This document shows, piece by piece, positions 25,176 to 38,140 of a stretch of 64,000 bases of DNA (its first letter is position 1; each line of letters starts with the position of its first letter). The stretch covers positions 50,034,001 through 50,098,000 of the forward strand of contig NC_042999.1 of assembly GCF_006345805.1 (NCBI RefSeq), given 5' to 3'. The notes under the pieces were generated by a model, which had not been told where the DNA came from, made no database searches, and saw only the letters and a program-made list of their open reading frames with translations. The stretch comes from Octopus sinensis. Lineage: Eukaryota. The translations under genes and the position numbers were made by a program.

Positions 25176-26459
25176 CTTTCAATTTGACATATTAGTATAA
25201 AGTAATACATTTAGATGAGTAAACATGTGTTGCTTGGTTGTTATATTGATAAATGCAGTGCCTTTATCAATATAATTTTTGTCAACACTTATTCATTTTA
25301 CTTCATACATTTATATATATAAAACTGAAGAGTAATAAGCATGTATCTGAATTCCTGAAGCAATCTATAATATGAATTTCAAAATTTATGTGAAGAAAGT
25401 CAGATGTTTAAGAGTTTCTAAGTATTTTCCACATCTTAAGCATATTTTGTTCCATAAAAAAGTAAATGGAATAATATTAGCTGAATTTGGTGCACTGCCA
25501 AAAGTACAACACATAGAATATAATTTTAGCCAGTCAGCAAATATCGAAATTTATTGCTTTAATCTGTAATAAATACTTTCACCTGTTATAAATTTCTGAT
25601 GATTTGCTTTCTAAAAGTGGATATATAAAGACATATATTACACTCTACGTGATTTTGTTTGTTTTAAGCATCTTACAGCATAAAGAAGTTTATGCCTGAA
25701 GAATAGTTAATAACAAGCAGGATAATAAGAGATGATTTTTCACAGAAATGGGGAAATACATTATCTCAGTAATTGTTTCTCCTACTCACGTTTCAAAAGC
25801 AACATACAAAATCGCCTTGGGGATTGACTGACTATCTTGCAGATAGCAGAACAATGGTGCAATATTTATTGCATTATTTATTGTAAACCAAGTCTCAGTT
25901 ACGTTCTCCGCTTTCACGCCTGTCTTTTTATGCTACCAGAAATTATTATGTTTATTCTTGCGGTATTTTAGTCTCAGCTTTGCAGTTTATTTTGACATGA
26001 TTTGTTTTTCAGTCAATTGAAATTAACAATGTATCAATGCTGAAATATCAGGTCACAACAAGTTGTTCCAGAGAAAAATCTAGCTACTGTATCAGTAATG
26101 GTTTAATGGTGTAGGAATATTCATTAACTGTAAAACTGAAGACGACTCGATTACATAAAATATATTGATATTCCTTTACAATAATTTCCTCTATCAGTCT
26201 CAACACTTTCATTAGTTTAAATAATATCAGTGAAGGTTTCTCTCCCTAACGGTTACAGCCTATTTTATAATATAAAACAAATCTACAATAGTTAACCACT
26301 TAAATTTCATTATTCACCCTCTATAAGAACTCATGAAATTTAGTTTTTTGCTCTAATATTTCACTATTCCAAGCTATTGCAAAATCTTCATCCAGCCATC
26401 AATTAAATATATATTAAATCAATGTGAAATTATCTAAAACTTGATCTATTACACTTCTA

Positions 26460-27347
26460 TAGGGTGTTCCAGAAGTCTTGGGCACATTTCAAGTCTTCAT
26501 ATCTGCTAGACTATGATTGGTAGTAAGATGAAACTGGTACTATTTTAAAGCTAAATTCACTAAGTTTTTTTGTAATGCTAATAATTTTTTCATATTTTTT
26601 CAGATCCAGTAATGACGTTCACTCAACCAGAAAAGGCGTTTTGCGTCCTTGAATTTGCAAATACTGAATCATGTTCAACGTGCATTTTGCACAAAATTCC
26701 AAAAAGAGGCACCAGAAAGAAAGTCCATATTGAGATGGCATGGTAAATTCATGAAGGATGGGTGTTTGTGCCCAGCTAAGAAACGAGACGCCCCTCAACT
26801 TCAGATGATACGGTTGGGCGAGTTCGAACTGCCTTCGAGCGGAGCCCCCGTAAATCAATCAGAAGAGCCAGTAGGAGCTTCATTTTCCAACAGGATGGGG
26901 TGTCACCACACTGGAACCTCAGACAGTATCTGAACATAACACTGCCAGAGAGATGGATTGGATGGTCTAGGCGAGATGATCGCATTCTCATGCGCTGGCC
27001 TCCCAGGTCTCCAGATCTCACACCCTGTGATTTCTTTTTGTGGGGTTTGTGAAAGGACTGGTCTATGTGCCTCCACTTTCAAAAGACGTGGATGAACTGA
27101 AGGCCCAAATAACAAAAGCTGTTACAACCATCGACAACGCAATGCTGGAATGCGTTTGGCAAAAATTGGACTATCGGCTTGATGTGTGCCGAGTGACCAA
27201 TGGTACTTACATTGAACATCTTTGAACATTCCATAAAAAAAACTTGAAATTGCAGGCTTTCAGAATACATCTGATGCGTTTTTATGTCCTTAATAGTTTT
27301 CAAGATATTCAATGTCAAAATGTGCCCAAGATTTCTGGAACGACCTG
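26460..27347 (+). mobile_element. Internally deleted Tc1/mariner-superfamily element (DDxD type, rosa/DD41D-like)
   Basis: TA|tagggtgttccagaagtcttgggcacattt ... aaatgtgcccaagatttctggaacgacctg|TA. Frameshifted transposase remnants MTFTQPEKAFCVLEFA, VQRAFCTKF...RWHGKF, FQQDG..PHW and RWPPRSPDLTPCDFFLWGFVK. The subfamily is an inference. Confidence 0.88.
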
Positions 27348-28675
27348 TATTTTAGACATGTCAGTCTAACTTACAATATCATTATAAATATATTCATTGT
27401 TGAATAGTTTCCAGACAGACAAGATACATAATTAGCAGCAGCATTAAAGCAATGAATGGATTATGTATCAGGGTATTTGTTCTGATTCTCTATGCTCAAA
27501 TCAAATCCTGCTTTCACCACAGGGCCATGCTTGCTTGCATGTATATCAATTGCAATAGCTTTCTTTCAGAAGTGTTCATTAAAAATCTACCTAGTGAATA
27601 CTTGTAATACTAACATAACATTTAGTTTCTATGTTACTTTGATATTAATGCCATCACCACTGTTAGCACCACTAGCAAAAGAGTCAATAAACCTAAAACT
27701 AAACCAATAATGACTATCCACACACGCACACACATATATAGTTGACTGTTTCAAAATGTTTTGCTGCTTCCAATATCTGTTTCCCTAGCATATTAGTTTT
27801 CCACCTAATGTCATGTATAATTTGAAATTATAAGCCTTTCACCTGGATTAATAAATACTATTATCAAAAACAAAAACAGTAAAGTATTAATTCTGCTTCC
27901 AGAAATCCTTTTAATTCTAACAGAAAAAAAATGAAGAATTTAATATTTATGAAATCATGTTTTCTTAATCAAAGCATTCAGCTTAACAAGGATAAAATCA
28001 TTGAATTATCGGGGAAGAAAGTTGGAAGGCCAAATTCAAGGCTACTTAGATTCTTTGACAGACTGAGAATATAGTTACAAAAGAATTAACAGATATTGAT
28101 AAATGACTACTGTTTCACTTTTTTCAGAACTGAAACTATAGTCAATGGGAGTTTTATCAAAATTCCAAAGGGCATGACACAAACAAAAGAAATGTATTAT
28201 TTTTATTTGAGAATAATGGCTTAAATGAATTGTACAAAGCCATTTCCTGTGTAACTTAATTCAATTAATTTAAATTCACTCTTTCTTTGTTATTTCTGCC
28301 GGAGACTAAAAAAATGTTTCTCACCTAAAGAAATGTAGTCATCTTACTTTTATAACTAATTTTATTTTACATTTGGATATTTTTGTCAAATCCAGAGAAA
28401 TAAGTGCTGCAAAGATAACATTTGTACCTAAACATCAATTTTATATTCTTTTATTCTTTTACTTGTTTCAGTCATTTGACTGGGGCCATGCTGGAGCACC
28501 ACATTTAGTCGGACAAATCGACCCCAGGACTTATTCTTTGTAAGCCTAGTACTTATTCTATTGGCCTCTTTTTGCCAAACCACTAAGTGACGGGAATGTA
28601 ATCACACCAACATTGGTTGTCAAGCGATGGTGGGGGGACAAACACGCACAAATAACAAATACATACATACACACG

Positions 28676-28708
<33 letters not shown>

Positions 28709-29626
28709 CATCCTTTCTGTTTTTCTCTCCCACCCTTCCCTATTCTTCTCCTCTCCCCTTCACCGTTCCCTCTCTCTTACTCCTCCTCCTCCTCCTCAAC
28801 TCTCTCATCACTGTCATATGGTCAGAGGGAAGCCATGTTTCCAACTGCTATCTTCACCAAGACCAGGCCGCTTATCCTGTCTCTCTCATAAGCTGTCTCC
28901 TCAAGCATTCAGAATAATTTTTCCATCATCTTGGCTTAACAACCCTCATCCTTTGTTTTCACTGTGTTATTCTCTTTGTTCTGTCTTTTACTCTTTCTAC
29001 TTTTATTGGTTTAACTGTCTTGTTTTGTTCTTACTGTCCTGTTCTTGTTACTCCTCCACAAAAAATCCCAAATGTTATTTAATTTGCTTTGCGGGAAGGA
29101 CTGTTTCAATGAAGTCGCGTCTTGTCCTTACCTTCGAAATGCAGAGTAGACGAAACAAGGATAACTGAAGAAAGGGAATATTCCTTGTGTTGTATGTCTT
29201 GTACTCTGTTTTTTCATTGTTTGAAAAAAAAGTTCATTTCCATGTTTTCATTTCACATTGTGTTCAACGTTTTTTTGATGTCCTGTACCCATATATACAT
29301 GTATATATACATATAGATGTAGGTATGTACATATATGTATGTAAATATGCATATATTTATATATTATTCATATATATATATCTTATATTAAACTTTTTAA
29401 TAAAAAAAGATAAATAAAACTAAAAATAAAAATAAAAATTTATAAATATAAATTAATAATTTTAATTTTAAATCTAAATAATTTAAATTTTAAATTTTAT
29501 ATTTTATATATTTTGTATATTATATTAATTATTTTTATTTTTATGTTTTGATTTATGTTTTTCACTGTTTGATTTGCCTAATAGTGGTTTTATCTCTAAT
29601 TTAATTTATATAGGGGCATCAAGCTG

Positions 29627-31030
29627 TTGGATCAGGTAATGAAGGTTACGGAGAGGGTTATAGCCCAGTTAATTAGAGAGAGAGTTAGCTTAGATGATAT
29701 GCAGTTTGGGTTCGTGCCAGGGAAAAGTACTACTGATGCTATATTCCTGGTAAGACAGCTGCAGGAGAAATACCTAGCCAAAGGTAAGCCCTTGTACCTG
29801 GCTTTTGTTGACTTAGAGAAAGCCTTTGACAGGGTCCCCCGATCCCTTATCTGGTGGTCAATGAGGAAACTAGGGATAGATGAATGGTTAGTGAGAGCTG
29901 GGCGAGCCATGTACAGAGACGCAGCTAGTAAGGTGAGGGTTGGCAACGAGTACAGTGAAGAATTCCGGGTAGAGGTTGGGGTCCACCAAGGTTCAGTCCT
30001 CAGCCCCCTCCTATTTATCATAGTCCTCCAGGCAATAACGGAAGAATTTAAGACAGGATGCCCCTGGGAGCTCCTATATGCTGATGACCTTGCTCTAATT
30101 GCTGAGTCACTATCAGAACTGGAGGAGAAGTTTCAGGTGTGGAAACAAGGATTAGAGTTGAAGGGCCTTAGAATCAACCTAGCCAAAACCAAAGTCCTAA
30201 TAAGTAGGAAGGTGGACCAACCACAAACGACTTCAGGTAGATGGCCCTGCTCAATCTGTAGAATAGGTGTAGGTAGAAACTCTATAAGGTGCACCAAGTG
30301 TAAGCTATGGACACATAAGAGGTGCAGCAATGTCAAAGGTAGGCTAACTGGGAAGATAGTTTTCGTATGTGGCAGATGCTCAGGAGAAATAAACACTGGA
30401 AATGTGCAGAGACCAACTTCTACCACGTTCCAGGGAGACAAACTAGAAGTAGTTGATAGCTTCCGCTACCTTGGAGACCAAGTTAGTAGCGGGGGTGGGT
30501 GTGCTGAAAGTGTAACTGCTAGAGTAAGAATAGCCTGGGCAAAGTTTAGGGAGCTCTTACTCCTGCTGGTGACAAAAGGCCTCTCGCTCAGAGTAAAAGG
30601 CAGACTTTATGATGCATGTGTACGTACAGCCATGCTACATGGTAGTGAAACATGGGCCGTGACTGCTGAGGATATGCGTAAGCTCGCAAGAAATGAAGCC
30701 AGTATGCTCCGATGGATGTGTAATGTCAGTGTTCATAATCGTCAGAGTGTAAGTACCTTGAGAGAAAAGTTGAACCTAAGAAGCGTCAGTTGTGGTGTGC
30801 AAGAGAGACGGCTGCGCTGGTATGGTCATATGACGAGAATGGCTGAAGATAGTTGTGTGCAAAAGTGCTACACCCTAGCAGTTGAGGGAACCTGTGGAAG
30901 AGGTAGACCCAGGAAAACCTGGGACGAAGTGGTGAAGCACGACCTACGAACTTTAGGTCTCACCAAGGAAATGACTAGAGACCGAGACCTCTGGAAGTAT
31001 GCTGTGCGTGAGAAGACCCGGCAAGACTAG
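29627..31030 (+). CDS. RTE LINE ORF fragment: reverse transcriptase with an embedded C4HC3 zinc finger (no endonuclease domain because of 5' truncation)
   Basis: Motifs QFGFVPGKST, AFVDLEKAFDRV, GVHQGSVLSPLLF, LLYADDLAL (YADD at 30077-30088), FRYLG and RLRWYGH...RGRPRKTW. 467 codons with no stop or frameshift. Confidence 0.9.
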   Translation: MDQVMKVTERVIAQLIRERVSLDDMQFGFVPGKSTTDAIFLVRQLQEKYLAKGKPLYLAFVDLEKAFDRVPRSLIWWSMRKLGIDEWLVRAGRAMYRDAASKVRVGNEYSEEFRVEVGVHQGSVLSPLLFIIVLQAITEEFKTGCPWELLYADDLALIAESLSELEEKFQVWKQGLELKGLRINLAKTKVLISRKVDQPQTTSGRWPCSICRIGVGRNSIRCTKCKLWTHKRCSNVKGRLTGKIVFVCGRCSGEINTGNVQRPTSTTFQGDKLEVVDSFRYLGDQVSSGGGCAESVTARVRIAWAKFRELLLLLVTKGLSLRVKGRLYDACVRTAMLHGSETWAVTAEDMRKLARNEASMLRWMCNVSVHNRQSVSTLREKLNLRSVSCGVQERRLRWYGHMTRMAEDSCVQKCYTLAVEGTCGRGRPRKTWDEVVKHDLRTLGLTKEMTRDRDLWKYAVREKTRQD

Positions 31031-31320
31031 TCAGGCCATAACCCGTGGCCCCTACCTAGGACGTAGTCAGTCCACCTGTGCATACCTTCCTTCTTGTGAC
31101 ACTTGTGAAGACCTGTTGAGGCAAGTGAAAATCAAACAAAATCAAAATAGATGAACATCAATGGAATTTGTATCTTTGTGGTACCAGTGCCGGTGGCACA
31201 CAAGAATACCATCCGAACGTGGGCGTAGCCAGTACCGCACCGACTGGCCTCCATGCTGTGGGCACGTAACGATCACCATCCAATCGTGGCCGATCGCCAG
31301 CCTAATATGGCTCCTGTGTC

Positions 31321-32067
31321 GGTGGCACATAAAAAACACCATCCGAGCGTGGTCGTCTGCTAGCCTTGTCTGGCACCTGTGTCGGTGGCACATAAAAACA
31401 CCATCCGAGCGTGGCCGTTCGCCAGCCTCGTCTGGCACCTGTGTCGGTGGCACATAAAAAAAACACCATCTGAGCGTGGTCGTCTGCTAGCCTTGTCTGG
31501 CACCTGTGTCGGTGGCACATAAAAACACCATCCGAGCGTGGCCGTTCGCCAGCCTCGTCTGGCACCTGTGTCGGTGGCACATAAAAACACCATCCGAGCG
31601 TGGTCGTCTGCTAGCCTTGTCTGGCACCTGTGTCGGTGGCACATAAAAACACCATCCGAGCGTGGCCGTTTGCCAGCCTCGTCTGGCACCTGTGTCGGTG
31701 GCACATAAAAACACCATCCGAGCGTGGTCGTCTGCTAGCCTTGTCTGGCACCTGTGTCGGTGGCACATAAAAACACCATCCGAGCGTGGCCGTTCGCCAG
31801 CCTCGTCTGGCACCTGTGTCGGTGGCACATAAAAACACCATCCGAGCGTGGTCGTCTGCCAGCCTTGTCTGGCACCTGTGTCGGTGGCACATAAAAACAC
31901 CATCCGAGCGTGGCCGTTTGCCAGCCTCGTCTGGCACCTGTGTCGGTGGCACATAAAAACACCATCCAGCGTGGTCGTCTGCCAGCCTTGTCTGGCACCT
32001 GTGTCGGTGGCACATAAAAACACCATCCGAGCGTGGCCGTTCGCCAGCCTCGTCTGGCACCTGTGTC
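31321..32067 (+). repeat. Tandem array of 12 x ~62-bp units (6 x 124-bp A/B dimers) in the RTE 3' UTR
   Basis: Units start ggtggcacataaaaacaccatccgagcgtgg at 31321, 31384, 31446, 31511, 31573, 31635, 31697, 31759, 31821, 31883, 31945 and 32006. They alternate tcgtctgc(t/c)agccttgtct and ccgtt(c/t)gccagcctcgtct. Confidence 0.95.
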
Positions 32068-32251
32068 GGTGGCACATAAAATCACCCACTACACTCTCGG
32101 AGTGGTTGGCGTTAGGAAGGGCATCCAGCTGTAGAAACACTGCCAGATCTGACTGGCCTGGTGCAGCCTTCGGGCTCCACAGACACCAGTTGAACCGTCC
32201 AACCCATGCTAGCATGGAGAGCGGACGTTAAATGATGATGATGATGATGAT

Positions 32252-32292
<41 letters not shown>

Positions 32293-34154
32293 GATGAGCT
32301 TCTTTCAGTTTCTGTCTACCAAATCCACTCACAAGGCTTTGGTTGCCTTTCATCCTTTCGGGGTCAATTAAATAAGTACCAGTTATACACTGGGGTCAAT
32401 ATAATCGACTTAATCCATTTGTCTGTCCTCGTTTGTCCCCTTTGTGTGTAGCCCCTTGTGGGCAGTAAAGAAATAAGAAACAGAAACATTCCTTTTTAGA
32501 TGTGAACACAAAACTGTGTAACCACCTTCTTTTGCCCCTTCCAGGATTATAGTCAAACGAAACCGAACCCACTTGAGATTAATCACAGCATCAAAGGGTT
32601 GAAAACAAATAGAAAGAGGACATCAGATGATGGGACGGTTAAAGCTAGAATGCTTTGATTACAGGTTTGCTCAGTTAGGGCTGACCTGGGATGAAGCAAC
32701 AATAAATGTTACCATCATTGAAATGTTTATAGTACATTTCTCATGCTAACAAGAACAAATCCTAGATTAAAGTTGGTCAAAAATGCTACTCATGCCCAAC
32801 TAAAATTATTAGAAAATGGTGTGGTTGTATGGTAAGAAGTTTGCGGCAAGCTGGCAGAAACGTTAGCACACTGGACAAAGTGATTAGTGGTATTTCATCT
32901 GCTATTATGTTCTGAGTTCAAATTCCGCCGAGGTTGACTTTGCTTTTCATCCTTTCGGGGTTGATAAATTAAGTACCAGTTACACACTGGGGTCATTGTA
33001 ATCGACTTAATCCGTTTGTCTGTCCTTTTTTGTCCCCTTTATGTTTAACCCCTTGTGTGCAATAAAAAAAAAAGTTTTTAGACTCAGTCTCACTGTGTGG
33101 TGCCGAGGGCTAGTGTTTTAATGATGATGTTGCTGATGATTATGATGATGGTGATGGTGGTGGTGGTGATGGAGTTAGTAATGATGATGATGATGATGAT
33201 ATTATTTAAGTTCTCACCATGCCATCACTCTACATCAAAACTGCACCACTATTTTGTGAAGTACCCAGAAGTAATACCGTCATTTGACTTAGTCACTAAA
33301 ATTAGTAATGAAATCAAATATGTAATAAAGTTATCTCATAAATTGCCTGGTGAACTATTGATTCTGTTGGCAGAATGGGGAGAAAAAAATCAATTTATTT
33401 TTAATAACTGAAGGTTAATATGGCTTTGGACATTGGCTGAATTTTTAGTAGCATAGAGCTAAATATTTTATAACTAAATCTCCAGTCTAGCTAAAACTAT
33501 GAATGTAAATGGTCTTTCTAAAAGAATGAGCACCATTGTTGATTTTGATCTCAAACTTGAGCTGAAGTTCAGAGGACAAGAGAAAAAAAACAAACCTTTA
33601 ATGGGAATTAGTGCTAAGGTCTTGGTTTGCATTGGTTTATGTTGAATTAATGTTATTTTGGAAAATTAATTATTACTTTAGTGTCTGAAACTGAAGATAC
33701 TTCAAAATCAAATTTAAATGTGAAAGTCATGGGTCCATTTTTGCTTAATCTGAAAATAAAAAAAAAAAAATTCACTCATAATCCTTCTGAGGTTTCTGAC
33801 TGTAAGGGGGGAAGGGAAATTGCTATCTTCAGAAGAGAGACCTAGCCCAAATGTTTACAAAAGAATGGACTGTGCTAAATGTGCCAGGAATCAACTAGTG
33901 GTTTTAAACAAGGCAACAGACGTTTAGTTATCAAAGGACAAATATGATGCCTCTAATAGAGTTACAGACAGTTTCCATTTAACAACTTTTACTCAAGGCT
34001 TTGGTTGACCTGAGGCAGTAATGACATTTTTTCAAAGTGCCACATAATAGAATCAGATGCAAAACTCTACAGTTGTGAAGTCTGAAAGTAAAGAATCCAT
34101 TTAATCTTATCACATATTTAATGTCAAATATATCTGAGCAGTAAGACAAAGATA

Positions 34155-34640
34155 AGAGTGTTCAGGTGTCTGGTCCTTCATGTTTTGCTTTACAGTTGTG
34201 AAAATTGGACACTGTCAGGAACCCTTTGGGGCCACTGGAATTTCTTTGGTACCAGGACACTTTGCAGGATTATGAGTTACCATTGGTTGGATTTCGTATC
34301 CAACATAGAATTATACTCAGAAACCAAGAATTATACAGGATGTGTCCTGCAACTTATATGCTTTAGGAGCATCTGCTCTGACCATATGGTCATGATGCTT
34401 GATTTTCTGAACTGCATCCTGCATACCATTTTCTCTTCTCTTAAGATTTGGCTGGAGTGATGGCTTGTGTTGGTTGGCCATATGCTTTGTAGTTCTGGTT
34501 GATGAAAGAGTATTTCAGGGAGATGGGAACTGACTTTGTCATGGCTTGGAGAGTTGGCTGAGGTAACCCAAGTAGATACAAACAAATGGTAGATGCTGTG
34601 ATGCACTGCAATGGTGCATGCACCCATAACTAATCTGATA
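34155..34640 (+). mobile_element. Decayed 3' fragment of a second RTE-clade LINE
   Basis: VFRCLVLHVLLYSCENWTL...FGTRTLCRIMSYHWLDFVSNIEL resembles the RTE post-RT consensus VLPVLLYGCETWTL...F.TR.LRRI.GY.W.DFVSN. Many frameshifts. Confidence 0.68.
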
Positions 34641-37009
34641 TATTTAAAATGTGTATACCTTGGTTCTCAAATAGGTACATCACACCCCTATGTGTCATAA
34701 GAGCAAAAAGTATCAGTGAAACTAAAGGCATCTGACCCAAAAACACAGCTCTAGAAAAACTGTTTAAACTATGGCAGCATGGAAAAGTGGATATCGAATG
34801 CTGATTTTTTTTTCTTTCAGTCTTTTACTTGTTTCAGTCATTTGACCCCAGGACTTATTCTCTGTAAGACTAGTGCTTATTCTATTGGTCATTTTCACTG
34901 ATGGTTCTGGGTTCAGTCCCATCGCATGGCAACTTGGGCAAGTGTTTTCTACTATAGCCTCGGGCCAACTAAAGCCTTGTGAGTGGATTTGGTAGACGGA
35001 AACTGAAAGAAGCCCGTTGTATATATGTGTATATATATAAATGTGTGTGTGTGTGTGCCCCCAACATCGCTTGACAACTGATGCTGGTGTGTTTACGTCC
35101 CCGTAAGTTAGCGGTTCAGCAAAAAAGACGGATAGAATAAGTACTAGGCTTACAAAGAATAAGTCCTGGGGTCGATGTGCTCGACTAAAGGCGGTGCTCC
35201 AGCATGGCCACAATCAAATGACTGAAACAAGCAAAAGAGAAAGAGTAAAGAGTAGAACCTCAAAAATGTGATAGTGAAGCTTCTGCAATTCGTTTTGCCT
35301 TTTATGTGAGGGTTGCTGGTTTGTTTTGTTATTGTTTTGTTTTGATTTGTTGTTTTTTTTTAAACTTCGTTTCTTTGTGGCTAAAGAAATCATTAAATAT
35401 GATAGTGGAAATAGTGGTAACAGATATTGATAAAGAGAGAGTTTTTAAAAAGACAAATTACTAAAAGCTGACAAGGGAAGATAAACACAAAAATCTAATT
35501 AGCTAAAGAATCCTCTTCATGCAGACATTTGCTATTCTAAGTAGAATTGTTTTTAGAGGTATTTCTCTAGATTTTTTTCTCTCTTTTTGTATTTTTGCCA
35601 TTAGTATTTAACAAACTGGTTATTCATTAAATGATATTACTATTCAACACAGGGAAGATACAATTCTAGAAAATTTGATTTAAAATGAAATAGAACAATA
35701 CAGAGGGATAGAAAATAGTATAAAAGAAAAACAATTAAAAAGCAAAAGAAAAAACAAAAAAAAAACCATTAAATTAAATAAATGGCAAAAGTCTGCCAGT
35801 CTGAATATCATACATATTTAAAGAATTAATGAAAATAGTAAAAATAAAAGAAGGGAAAAGCAAAGCAGACCATACTAAAGGCTGTAACAACTACTTAAAG
35901 GGAACCCACAAATGCAACTGACTCCATAACAACCCAATAAAATGCAATAAACCACACAGCATTAAAACAGTAAAAGGAATTATCACAACCATTATAATTT
36001 TTTTATACACACCCAGACACATACACACTCCCACATACACATACATTCACGCACACCTATGTGCACACTCACACATACACACATGGTCATGAATATATAC
36101 ACAGTCATGTTATGAGCCAACAGAGGGAACATTTTTTTGTAGTCATTCAAAATGCATGAAATAGCAGCCAAATCTCCATCCAAATCATTCACCCTACATA
36201 AAGTCCTGGAGAGGAGACAGAGCACTGGAATAACATTGTCCAAAATATACACAAATAAGGCAGCGAGCTGGTAGAAATGTTAGCACACTGGGCGAAGTGT
36301 TTAGCAGTATTTCGTCTGCCATTACGTTCCGAGTTCAAATCCCGCTGAGATCAGCTTTGTCTTTCATCCTTTCAGGGTCAATAAATTAAGTACCAGTTAC
36401 GCACTGGGGTCGATGTAATCAACTTAATCCTTTTGTCTGTCCTTGTTTGCCCTCTCTATGTTTAGCCCCTTGTGGGCAATAAAAAAATAAGAAATAAATA
36501 TACACAAATGTTGTGATGGTCATGGTTGAAATACCTTTTGCTCATTGGTATTCTTTACCAGGATTGTCTTAAAGCTAAACAGTAGCTATAAGACTTACAT
36601 CTTTATTACTTTTGCATAATCACATTCAAACATTTCTTTTACCAAATGTGATCCACTTTTAGAAAATGATGGCATGTGGCCTAGTGGAAAGGGTGTTGGA
36701 CTCATAAATATTAGGCTGTGAGTTCAATTCTTGGATAAGACAGTGTGCTGTGTCATTGAGTCAGACCCTGAATATCACAATGCTCCAGTACTCAGATCCC
36801 AAAAGAATGAAAGGCAAGGTTGACCTTGGTGGAATTTGAACTCAGAACATAAAGACGGACAAAATGCTACTAAGCATTTTGCACGGTGTGCTAACAATTC
36901 TGCCAGTTTATAATAATAATTATAATAATAATAATAATAATGCTTGCTGCTGTAGGCACAGGGCACGAAATTTGGGGTGGGGTATGGAAGAGGGGGGATA
37001 TGGAGGAGG

Positions 37010-37041
37010 GGATGGAGGAGGAGGAGGAGGAGGAGGAGAAG

Positions 37042-37073
<32 letters not shown>

Positions 37074-37156
37074 GAAGAAGAAGAAGAAGAAGAAGAAGAA
37101 GAAAGAAGAAGAAGAAGAAGAAGAAGAAGAAGAAGAAGAAGAAGAAGAAGAAGAAT
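37010..37156. repeat. Compound (GGA)n-(GAA)n microsatellite
   Basis: Read directly. It generates the poly-E/R/K ORFs. Confidence 0.97.
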
Positions 37157-38140
37157 TCAAGCAGTGAAATCAATTTTATGCCATGAAGTAAAAGTCTGAT
37201 GGATAAGAAATTATATATACAGAATTGCAACCAAAAATATAATTATGGAAAAAATAACAAGGAATATAGTATTATTTGAATATAGAATTTGACTAAAAAA
37301 TACTTTATGATTGCTGGCTTTAGAAATGAGTAGTTCACATAAATATACTTAGAATGGTTATGAGATATGTGAATCTGATAGTTAAAAAAAGAATACATAA
37401 TTTTAATCTGTAGTGAGATGGTTATCTAAGAATATCAATTTTTCAATCAAGTTAATTTTGAAAAAGATGAAATGGAAACTTAGTCATACATAGAGAAGAA
37501 AAAACAAAAAAGAGAGAAAATTACAGAATATTTTATAAAAATAAAACATTGAAGTTCTTGAGATATCATTGGCTCCATGGCAGGATAGAATTGAATAGAT
37601 TAATAGTTGTGGAAGAAAAGAAAATATTGAAGGAATTATGGGTAAATAAAATATTAAAAATTTGATCATTTAACAATGAGCTTTCTTGTTGGAAACTAAA
37701 ACTGTAGAATATTAAGAAAATTTATAAGAGCAGTAGACGATATAACTTAGTAGACAGATATGCTATGGATATGCTATGGATACAATCTTAACCTAGCCTG
37801 GAGTTCATGATCAGATTTTTTTTTCCCCTACTCATTATTTAAGTATCCATCTATGTACATTTATGTACATGAATATGGATATATAAGCAGATATATGCAT
37901 AGAAATAAATGCATGCATTCACATTCATCTCACAAACCAACTACATTCACATTCATCTCCCACACTAATATTAATATTAATTCAAAGCTACATCCATATA
38001 TGGAGAAGATAAGCATAATTGAGTGATGTTTCACCAAAATAAATAAAGACAAAGAAAGCAACACAAAATCTCCTACACCTAAAAAAAGAGAAGGAAAGAA
38101 AGAAGAAAAATGTTTCTAATGAATTAATGCACTGCACTAA

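Larger units (their letters stand above)
29609..32253 (+). mobile_element. Young 5'-truncated RTE-clade LINE (RT C-terminal half, 3' UTR with 62-bp array, (GAT)n tail)
   Basis: Begins at YRGIKLL (RT domain). Uninterrupted ORF to the stop at 31030, a 3' UTR, then an atgatgatg tail at 32232-32253 followed by (AT)n. Confidence 0.93.

Noticed and set aside
29140-29195. GAAAC and CTGAAGA close together in a repeat relic
   Set aside because: Only 8 nt separate them, too few for stems III and I, and the order does not fit a type I fold.
31321-32067. CRISPR-like repeat-spacer appearance, and long minus-strand ORFs (up to 242 aa)
   Set aside because: Only two recurring variable segments, located in a eukaryotic LINE UTR with no cas genes. 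The ORFs are by-products of the tandem repeat.
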